The notes under the pieces: model-generated
Seen by the model: the letters and a program-made list of their open reading frames with translations, nothing else
Told to the model about the DNA's origin: nothing
Databases searched by the model: none
In this document: positions 15,514 to 22,202 of the stretch, piece by piece
How the letters are laid out: each line of letters starts with the position of its first letter
Numbering within the stretch: the first letter of the stretch is position 1
IMG/VR virus record: IMGVR_UViG_3300020045_003931
Coordinates: 1 to 37,923 of that record
Reading direction: 5' to 3' (one strand)
Origin: a virus
Taxonomy: Duplodnaviria; Caudoviricetes
DNA length: 37,923 nt
Translations under genes and position numbers: made by a program

Positions 15514-16056
15514 ATGGACAACTTGCAAGAAAAACCAAGCAACGCCACTTTTGCCGGCAGGCGGGTTTTAGACCCGTGCTGCGGCAGCCGGATGATGTGG
15601 TTTGACCGGAAACACCCTGACGCCGTGTTCGGTGACAAGCGCACCGAGCAGCACACGCTTTGCGATGGACGGACGCTGCGCATTGAGCCTGACATGCAGA
15701 TGGATTTCACGGCCCTGCCGTTTGACGACGGCGCGTTCCGGCTTGTGGTGTTCGATCCTCCGCACTTGCACACCGCCGGCCCGAAAAGTTGGATGGCAGC
15801 GAAGTACGGAAAGCTTACCGGAGACTGGAGCGAAGACTTGCGCAAGGGGTTTGCCGAATGTTTCCGCGTGCTGGCCAGCGACGGTGTTCTGATTTTCAAA
15901 TGGAACGAAACACAGGTGAAGATTCGTGAAGTGCTGGCGCTGACGCCCGAGCAACCGCTATTCGGACACCCGACCGGACGCAAAGGGCTGACCCACTGGT
16001 ACGTGTTCATGAAACATAACGCAGAAATAACCGGCCGCGCCAGCGGTCCGGGTTGA
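15514..16056 (+). CDS. SAM-dependent (probable DNA amino-) methyltransferase cassette
   Basis: VLDPCCGSRM SAM-binding motif, VVFDPPH catalytic-type motif, GVLIFKWNE. Confidence 0.85.
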   Translation: MDNLQEKPSNATFAGRRVLDPCCGSRMMWFDRKHPDAVFGDKRTEQHTLCDGRTLRIEPDMQMDFTALPFDDGAFRLVVFDPPHLHTAGPKSWMAAKYGKLTGDWSEDLRKGFAECFRVLASDGVLIFKWNETQVKIREVLALTPEQPLFGHPTGRKGLTHWYVFMKHNAEITGRASGPG

Positions 16057-16070
16057 TTGACGGGTTAGGA
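16014..16070 (-). repeat. attC site (57 bp)
   Basis: Plus strand: ACATAAC-GCAGA-AATAACC-GGCCGC...GCGGTCCG-GGTTGATT-GACGG-GTTAGGA. Confidence 0.9.
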
Positions 16071-16076
16071 AACGAC

Positions 16077-16283
16077 ATGAGCGTAAGAGTAAAGACACTG
16101 GACAAAGCTGTGGCAGAAGCCAAGCGGTTTTTGGAAGCGGCAGACGTTGTGAAACGGTGCGCTGGAAGCGCCGAATACACCAAAGGCGATCCTTGGTACT
16201 GCGGCGGCCAGCATTGTGCAGCAGCGAAGCGGGCAAGTATGGATTTGTCGAAGGCGCTGGCCGATGTGCGGCGCGGTTCCTAA
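16077..16283 (+). CDS. Cassette hypothetical protein
   Basis: AVAEAKRFL...AAAKRASMDLSKALADVRR; stop TAA inside the core site. Confidence 0.75.
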   Translation: MSVRVKTLDKAVAEAKRFLEAADVVKRCAGSAEYTKGDPWYCGGQHCAAAKRASMDLSKALADVRRGS

Positions 16284-16348
16284 CGACCCGAATTCAGGGG
16301 CCGCACGCGGCCCTATCGCGGGCGGTCCCCTGGAATGAGTTGTTAGGG
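16278..16348 (-). repeat. attC site (71 bp)
   Basis: Plus strand: TCCTAAC...ATTCAGG-GGCCGC...GCGGTCC-CCTGGAAT-GAGTT-GTTAGGG. Confidence 0.9.
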
Positions 16349-16356
16349 GCCAACGC

Positions 16357-16869
16357 ATGGCGACCACCAAGACAAGTTGCCCACAGTGCGGCGCTGCGTT
16401 TGAAGCGGAAACCGGGAGGATGAACCGGGCGCTGAAGATCGGAGCACCACTGTACTGCGGCCGCGCATGCGCAGGACTGGCGCGACGACTGACAAGCCCG
16501 CCAACGGAAGCAGAGCGGAAAGAGGCAAAGCGACTTTATGACGCGCGGCGACGAGTTGAGAAGGAGGAAGAAATCAAGGCCAAGAAGCGCGACTACTTCA
16601 AGCGCACCTATGACCCAGCCAAGGCTGCGGCTGAACGCAAGGAAAGGATGCCAAGGCACGTTGAATACTGCCGGAGGCCGGAATACAAGGCTTGGAAGCG
16701 CGAGTACGACAGGCGCCACTTGGCCGAGAAGAAGTTTGGCGAGTTCGCCGAAGTAGCACTGTTGTTGCAGGACATAGAGCGGGAGGTTGAGCAGCGCGCT
16801 ACGCGCTACGAGATATACCGCACCAATGGAACACTCAATAAAGCGCAAACGCGCAGGAGATCATTATGA
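16357..16869 (+). CDS. Cassette hypothetical protein, Zn-finger-like and basic
   Basis: CPQC...YCGRAC; very Arg/Lys-rich. Confidence 0.75.
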   Translation: MATTKTSCPQCGAAFEAETGRMNRALKIGAPLYCGRACAGLARRLTSPPTEAERKEAKRLYDARRRVEKEEEIKAKKRDYFKRTYDPAKAAAERKERMPRHVEYCRRPEYKAWKREYDRRHLAEKKFGEFAEVALLLQDIEREVEQRATRYEIYRTNGTLNKAQTRRRSL

Positions 16870-17084
16870 CCACGATTACCAAGGAACTGAACGCCACCAA
16901 CCTGAAAAACGCCCTTTGGGAGACGCTCCAAGACATCAAGGCCGGCACGGTTCAACCCGGCCAAGGTGACGCCATCGCATCCCAGGCGCGGGAGATTCTG
17001 CGCACGGTGAAGGTGCAGCTTCAGGTGACGAACCAGTCGAAACGCAGCGTGCCGGCTGACGTGATCCAGTTCGCGGAGAAGTGA
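16866..17084 (+). CDS. Second gene of the two-gene cassette, hypothetical
   Basis: ATGA-coupled to the previous gene. Confidence 0.75.
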   Translation: MTTITKELNATNLKNALWETLQDIKAGTVQPGQGDAIASQAREILRTVKVQLQVTNQSKRSVPADVIQFAEK

Positions 17085-17094
17085 AGAACATGGC

Positions 17095-17113
17095 CCCTAA
17101 CACTAAGTAGACG
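17095..17113 (-). other. attI-like (array-head) site of the right array
   Basis: Minus strand: CGTCTAC-TTAGT-G|TTAGGG; no R'' box upstream; same GTCTACTT as the left terminus. Confidence 0.55.
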
Positions 17114-17132
17114 TACCGTGCAAGGTAGGCAA

Positions 17133-17441
17133 ATGTACCGACTGACTAAAAAAGCCGAAGTCCAGCGGACGACGTGGGCGCAGATTCGCCGGGCCAGAGA
17201 CGCCACGCGGATGGATGGGCCGGCGCCTGACTATCCCCAGCCGCTCCCAGAACTTCGCCGGCGGATCGTGATCGAGGATTTCGATTTCGAACGCCGCGTC
17301 CACGTCCTTGAATTTTTCCGTACAAATAGGGTTGACTGTTACAAAGTCGTCGCCGACGGGAAAGTATGGAAAGAGCGTATCGGCTGGTCGCAAGCACTGG
17401 CCGGCCTAAGAAAATCATTGCCGCGAGTCGGCGCAATTTGA
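17133..17441 (+). CDS. Hypothetical phage protein
   Basis: PELRRRIVIEDFD...RVDCYKV.ADG...GWS. Confidence 0.7.
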   Translation: MYRLTKKAEVQRTTWAQIRRARDATRMDGPAPDYPQPLPELRRRIVIEDFDFERRVHVLEFFRTNRVDCYKVVADGKVWKERIGWSQALAGLRKSLPRVGAI

Positions 17442-17451
17442 GGAAATAAGT

Positions 17452-17892
17452 ATGGCGATTAATGTATGGACGTTTACCGGGAATTTGGGCAAGGATGGAG
17501 AGCAGCGGTTCACCACAAACGGCGGCAGTGTCGTATCGTTTTCGGTGGCGGTTAAATCCGGCTATGGCGACAAAACGGCGACCACGTGGGCTCGTTGCTC
17601 CCTGTTCGGGAAGCAGGGCGAAGCGGTTTTCCCGTATCTAAAGAAAGGCCAGCTTGTCGGGATTTCAGGCGAGGCCAGAATGAATGAATACACGAACAAG
17701 GAAGGCGTAAAGCAGACCTCGCTTGAGGTAAATGTGAGGGATTTAACGCTGCTCGGAAAACGGGAAGAATCTGACGCGCCAAAACCGCAGCAAAGGAATT
17801 CGCAAGCCGCGCCGCCGGCATCGGGGATGGGTGATTTCGAGGATGACATCCCTTTTGATCAACCCTACCGTAAATCGTGGAGGATCGTGTGA
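17452..17892 (+). CDS. ssb: Single-stranded DNA-binding protein
   Basis: GNLGKD, YLKKGQLV, acidic DFEDDIPF tail. Confidence 0.95.
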   Translation: MAINVWTFTGNLGKDGEQRFTTNGGSVVSFSVAVKSGYGDKTATTWARCSLFGKQGEAVFPYLKKGQLVGISGEARMNEYTNKEGVKQTSLEVNVRDLTLLGKREESDAPKPQQRNSQAAPPASGMGDFEDDIPFDQPYRKSWRIV

Positions 17893-18087
17893 TGGCTGAC
17901 GCGCAGCAACAATTTCTAAATCGCCTTATGGACAAACTCTCCATCTGCGAAAAGCGACAAGGTGAGTTCCACGCCATCGCCGACGTAGGCGAAGAACGTA
18001 TCCGCGCCGCTGCGGAAGGGTTAAGCCGGGGAGAAGCGTGATGCCCACTGAATTGGAGAACACGACATTGGCAAATAGGCTAGATCC

Positions 18088-18351
18088 ATGACAACACCTC
18101 TTGCGCAAGACCCTGTTGATGTAAATGTTACGCCTCTTCGGACGCAGGACGTAGTGCAAGCAATCCTCGCCGTAGACGCCGAAGCGTCCAGACGCGGCGA
18201 AATGTTTCCGCAAACATCCGACGAGCGGAGCGAAGATCACCGCGCCGTTGCTCGTGTGGTTTGGATGCTTCAGTGGTACGAAGAAAACACGGGTTGCGCC
18301 CGGATCAAAGGGTGGCCGGACATGCCGCCGATGAGAAATGAAACGAAATGA
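18088..18351 (+). CDS. Hypothetical protein
   Basis: ORF within the coupled early operon. Confidence 0.55.
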   Translation: MTTPLAQDPVDVNVTPLRTQDVVQAILAVDAEASRRGEMFPQTSDERSEDHRAVARVVWMLQWYEENTGCARIKGWPDMPPMRNETK

Positions 18352-18728
18352 TTAACGACAACGAATTCTGGCTTCTGTGCTGGGGCGTCGCGGAAGAAGT
18401 ACATAACGCCAGAAGGCCTAGCATCAACTACGGAGGACTAGATATGACACCAGAAGAACAATGCGCAGTAATCCAGGCCAAAGCACGCGGCGAGAAGATT
18501 GAGCGACAATCACGACTTGCCGCCGGCGTCCCGTGGCTCCTGATGAAAGGTGGCGAGGCTTTTAATTTTGGCGTCGATAACTATCGCATCGCCGCCACAT
18601 CGCCCAACAAGCGCCGAGCGGAGTGCTGGGACACCGGCTCTCAGCTTATCTTTTCCACCTGCAACGAAGCATTCAACATTGATCGTTGGAAGCGCGTTCC
18701 AGCGCTCGATAAGGAGTGGGAAGAATGA
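18348..18728 (+). CDS. Hypothetical protein
   Basis: VIQAKARGEKIE...FNFGVDNYRI phage motif; the true start may be the internal MTPEEQ. Confidence 0.65.
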   Translation: MINDNEFWLLCWGVAEEVHNARRPSINYGGLDMTPEEQCAVIQAKARGEKIERQSRLAAGVPWLLMKGGEAFNFGVDNYRIAATSPNKRRAECWDTGSQLIFSTCNEAFNIDRWKRVPALDKEWEE

Positions 18729-18985
18729 CAATAAGCGACAGAGAAACGCGCGCTATTGACGCGCCCATAGTGCGGGAACCACGTTATGTGGTTTTCAAAA
18801 TTACGGATATTCACCTGTACCTAAATACAGCACAAATAGACGCACTGCAATCGGCGGGCGAAACAATTGCAGTAGGGCGAACGCTCGGAGGCAAGCCGTC
18901 ATTCAATGCGGTGGTGGTTGAGCAAGACTGGCCGGAGTTTGAACCAACGTGGGCGGCTATCGAAGCCCGTATGAAAGGCGAATGA
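18725..18985 (+). CDS. Conserved phage hypothetical protein
   Basis: REPRYVVFK...AVVVEQDWPEFEPTWAAIEARM. Confidence 0.8.
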   Translation: MTISDRETRAIDAPIVREPRYVVFKITDIHLYLNTAQIDALQSAGETIAVGRTLGGKPSFNAVVVEQDWPEFEPTWAAIEARMKGE

Positions 18986-18986
18986 A

Positions 18987-19433
18987 ATGTCAACAAGTGA
19001 CAGAGAATGGCTTGAACTCGCAGCAAAGGCTGTGGGGATTACGTTCGATAAATCATCACATAACGGCGGCGGACACGCGAATAATGGCTTCGACGCCTGC
19101 GGTAATGCGGTGCTTGACTGGCACAACGGCACGACGTGGAACCCGCTCACCGACGACGGCGATGCGCTGCGGCTGGCGGTGAAGTTGAAGATCAACCTTG
19201 AATTTGCCAAAGATGGGGTAGACGCGGGGTACGGCGTTGAGGCCACAAATGACTATCCAACATATCGCCTTGGGTGTATCACCGAACGGTATAAGGGAGA
19301 CCACTACGCCGCCACCCGCCGCGCAATCGTCCGAGCCGCAGCAGAAATTGGAAAGGGGATGCGTCCGTTCCCAACAGCGGAAGAGATTGAACGCTTTGCA
19401 AACATGCACGACAAACCGGAGTGGATGAAATGA
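18987..19433 (+). CDS. Conserved phage hypothetical protein
   Basis: DRE.LELAAKA...WNPLTDDGDALRLAVKL...ATRRAIVRAAAEIG. Confidence 0.85.
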   Translation: MSTSDREWLELAAKAVGITFDKSSHNGGGHANNGFDACGNAVLDWHNGTTWNPLTDDGDALRLAVKLKINLEFAKDGVDAGYGVEATNDYPTYRLGCITERYKGDHYAATRRAIVRAAAEIGKGMRPFPTAEEIERFANMHDKPEWMK

Positions 19434-19551
19434 GATGCGCACTTTGTGATGAGTCGATTGGGGGCGCAGCGCGTGAAAAGTGGGGGCCTGAATTTGTCCA
19501 CAAATCATGCGTGATCGCATTCAACCACGGAAAGATCGATGGGGCGAAGAA

Positions 19552-19728
19552 ATGACGCACGAAACCGACGAAGAACTCATTCAGCGAATCGCACCGGATT
19601 GCTTTGACCTCGCAACAGATGGGCGGGGGAGAAAAACTTTCAGCGCCGATGAATACGGTGTGCGAAATTTTGCCCAAGCCTTCCACGCCGCCAAGCTCGC
19701 GCAGATGGTGGAGCTTGAGGCCACGTAA
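19552..19728 (+). CDS. Hypothetical protein
   Basis: Short ORF coupled to the next gene. Confidence 0.5.
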   Translation: MTHETDEELIQRIAPDCFDLATDGRGRKTFSADEYGVRNFAQAFHAAKLAQMVELEAT

Positions 19729-20096
19729 TGCCGGCCACCATCAATGGCCCCATCGCCCGAATGATGATCAATGAGATTCGGGAGCGCGGCCCAGCCAATG
19801 CGGTCGAGCTATCCAACAGAGTGGGGTGCAGCCCCACGAGTATCCGGTCAATGGGCGTGCAGTTGGCCGACGTTGGCGTTATCTCATCGGCTACCGTACT
19901 AGACGAGGCAGGTTATCGGGCGAAGGTCTATCGATTGACCGGCGCGCCAATACCAGGGTGCCTAAAAGTTGATATCGGTGTTCGCGATTCGATTCCGATG
20001 ACCGAACACCCCATGACGTTTTGGGGCGTCAATCGTCCAACTTCGCGGCAGAACTTATCCCACGATACCAGCGCTGCCACTCCAATATCACGATAG
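19728..20096 (+). CDS. Winged-HTH-like protein
   Basis: GPANAVELSNRVGCSPTSIR...LADVGVI...KVYRL. Confidence 0.55.
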   Translation: MPATINGPIARMMINEIRERGPANAVELSNRVGCSPTSIRSMGVQLADVGVISSATVLDEAGYRAKVYRLTGAPIPGCLKVDIGVRDSIPMTEHPMTFWGVNRPTSRQNLSHDTSAATPISR

Positions 20097-20487
20097 CATC
20101 GGCGCTTCCATCTGCCGACGAACATCCGGCGGGACTAGGTGCAACTGTCTCGGAGGTTGCATCAGTTGTTCCGGCGGCTTTGGGAATTTCGGGCACGCTA
20201 CCGGGACTGGTTGCGGGGTAGCGCACCCCGCCCCAGTAAGCGTCGCTACGAGCAAGAGCACGATCGGTTTCATGGCTGATTTTCTCCGTGGTGAGTTGTT
20301 GTGCGGCCTCGATTTTTGCTACTCGCGCCCGTTGCCGCACAACAACAGATGATTGCTCGGCAGTTGCCTTGTCCCATGCGTCTTGCACATGCCCGGCCCC
20401 TTTGACCCAGCCGAATAGGCCAACGGCAGCGATCAGCCCGGCCAGCGCCAACAGGCGGTACGGTAGCGGAATCAACGTGGCGAGCAT
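20029..20487 (-). CDS. Rz-like inner-membrane spanin
   Basis: N-terminal TM helix and coiled coil, downstream of the endolysin, with an embedded lipoprotein ORF. Confidence 0.75.
   Translation of the reverse strand: MLATLIPLPYRLLALAGLIAAVGLFGWVKGAGHVQDAWDKATAEQSSVVVRQRARVAKIEAAQQLTTEKISHETDRALARSDAYWGGVRYPATSPGSVPEIPKAAGTTDATSETVAPSPAGCSSADGSADAIVILEWQRWYRGISSAAKLDD
20088..20273 (-). CDS. Rz1-like outer-membrane lipoprotein spanin (nested)
   Basis: Signal peptide with lipobox-like GAGC, Pro-rich mature part, nested in the Rz-like gene. Confidence 0.75.
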   Translation of the reverse strand: MKPIVLLLVATLTGAGCATPQPVPVACPKFPKPPEQLMQPPRQLHLVPPDVRRQMEAPMLS

Positions 20488-20593
20488 GGCATGCTCCGGA
20501 ATCTGAGGTAGCGACGGCGCCCGGCAGCGATCTGCGACGGGAACGGCGCATCCGGCCGCAGGCGCAGGGTGGCGACGTAGGTGCGCAGGAGGC

Positions 20594-20839
20594 TCATAGC
20601 GCGATCCTGCCCCGCCACATATCGCGCGGCTGGAATCCGAAATCGCTGACCGGCTGATCCGGCGAGAAGAGAAAAACGCGTCCATCCCACCATCGCGGCA
20701 CCTCAAGCGCCCACATGCGGTATTTTTCCGACCAACAGCGGCATTCATACCAACCGATGCGCACCGGCTTTTCATCGCGCCAGAACCAGCGTGTGCGTGT
20801 GTCGATGTTGCTGCCGATGATGGGGTAGCCGGGCTTCAT
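20594..20839 (-). CDS. Hypothetical Trp-rich protein
   Basis: WF...KPVRIGWYE...WWDG...WRG phage motif. Confidence 0.65.
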   Translation of the reverse strand: MKPGYPIIGSNIDTRTRWFWRDEKPVRIGWYECRCWSEKYRMWALEVPRWWDGRVFLFSPDQPVSDFGFQPRDMWRGRIAL

Positions 20840-21333
20840 GTGACCACCCCGCCGGCCTTAATGTAGGCCAGTTGCAACGTGGGCAGTTTGTTCTCATGCT
20901 GGCCATAGCCGGCGCCGGGCAGGCTTGCCCAGATGTTCCGGCACTTGGCGACGGCCTCCCCGAATCGGCCAGCCACAACCAGCGGATAGGCCCGCGTCTC
21001 GCGCAATTGCTGGATAGCGACTCGATCCTGATTCTCCGGGGTGAATCCGATCATGGATAGATGGATGCGGTAGGTATCCCAATAGCGCGAGAGCAGCTGA
21101 TACCGGCCCGCCGCGGTTGACTTGATGCCCAGGCGCGGGAAGTAAACCAGCTGACGCGGATGATCGGCGTAATCGTCGAACAACACCGGATGGGCCGCCG
21201 TGCTGCCGACGATTACGTTGTAGCCGTCATCGCTCGCGGCGAGCAGCTCTGCGCCGAGTTCGCTCTCCGCGATCATGTCGAGAAACGCGCAGACATTCGT
21301 GCCGCCGGCAATCGCTGGGGCAAGGCGGCTCAT
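20836..21333 (-). CDS. Endolysin, lambda R-type
   Basis: AFLDMIAESE, DGYNVIVG, STAAGRYQLL, WASLPGAGYGQHE. Confidence 0.93.
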   Translation of the reverse strand: MSRLAPAIAGGTNVCAFLDMIAESELGAELLAASDDGYNVIVGSTAAHPVLFDDYADHPRQLVYFPRLGIKSTAAGRYQLLSRYWDTYRIHLSMIGFTPENQDRVAIQQLRETRAYPLVVAGRFGEAVAKCRNIWASLPGAGYGQHENKLPTLQLAYIKAGGVVT

Positions 21334-21367
21334 GACGGCTCTCGCTTCACCCCGAGCTGCGCGGGCG

Positions 21368-21634
21368 TCATTGGCACTTCCCCCTTCGGTAGCAGTCGAG
21401 CCGCCTTCGTTCGGTAATCAGCATACCGGCGATCCCGACCACCAAAAGCGCATGCAGCACCCCGGACGGCTCATGCATGAGGATAGACAGCCCCTCCGCA
21501 AACGCACCGCCGGAGAGTGCGATATAGGCCAACTTGACCGAGCGCCGCGTTTCTCCCGTCATGAGATTCAGCCGGCAAATCGAAACGCCGCAGATTGTAG
21601 CCAGCGCAGCGAGATTGAACAGATCGGACATCAT
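21368..21634 (-). CDS. Holin-associated membrane protein
   Basis: Three hydrophobic segments, within the lysis cassette. Confidence 0.65.
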   Translation of the reverse strand: MMSDLFNLAALATICGVSICRLNLMTGETRRSVKLAYIALSGGAFAEGLSILMHEPSGVLHALLVVGIAGMLITERRRLDCYRRGKCQ

Positions 21635-21942
21635 TTATCCCCCCTGCGCAAAAAGGCCAGCGGGTTATCGCGGAACATCTCGCCGAGTTTGAGCAGACCG
21701 GGTACGATGTGCATCGACGTGAGCCCAAGAACAAAAGCAGCGCCGTTTTGTAGCTCCTCTGGCATGGTGAGGTAGTGCGCCGCTACCGGTGTTATGTATC
21801 CGGCCACCGCCGCCCCAGTCAGCACCGCCATAAAAGCGGACGTTCGAGAGAGTGGCTTGATGGCCGATAACGATGCCACGGCACCGAGAAACCCCGCCGC
21901 CGCCGTGGCGAGCTTGATCCCGATCAAAGTATTTTCCGACAC
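21631..21942 (-). CDS. Holin
   Basis: Three TM segments and basic C-terminus, upstream of the endolysin. Confidence 0.75.
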   Translation of the reverse strand: MSENTLIGIKLATAAAGFLGAVASLSAIKPLSRTSAFMAVLTGAAVAGYITPVAAHYLTMPEELQNGAAFVLGLTSMHIVPGLLKLGEMFRDNPLAFLRRGDK

Positions 21943-21982
21943 GTTGCAACCCCTTTAGATGCGTGACTGTAATTTCTGCACG

Positions 21983-22192
21983 TCACCACCCCATAGCCGC
22001 TAGATATTTAGCCGCCCCATCTACCTCTTCCGCGAACTCGTCGCGCTGCGCATGCCCGTAGGCTTTTCGGTGCGGGATTCGGCTGACGATTTCGTCATCG
22101 CGCTGTATCAGCTTGTCCCATCGCACGTTGATGCTGTTGCTCTGAGGAAGTAGCTCTACCGAGGCCAGGATGGTAGTTTCAGTAAGTGCCAC
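21983..22192 (-). CDS. Small tail fibre-associated protein
   Basis: Directly after the tailspike gene; MALTET...VRWD..I.RD..I.SR..HR. Confidence 0.6.
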   Translation of the reverse strand: MALTETTILASVELLPQSNSINVRWDKLIQRDDEIVSRIPHRKAYGHAQRDEFAEEVDGAAKYLAAMGW

Positions 22193-22202
22193 GTGTTTCT
22201 CC

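Larger units (their letters stand above)
12172..17113 (-). mobile_element. Right integron-like gene-cassette array (about 13 cassettes; cargo genes on + strand)
   Basis: Ten complete attC sites, three half sites, complementary cassette ends, and an attI-like terminus at about 17095-17113. Confidence 0.9.

Noticed and set aside
12800-16348. Regularly spaced palindromes read as a CRISPR array, REP elements or rho-independent terminators
   Set aside because: The units differ in sequence and length, are separated by whole genes and lack U-tracts. They have attC box architecture with extrahelical bases and matching cassette ends.
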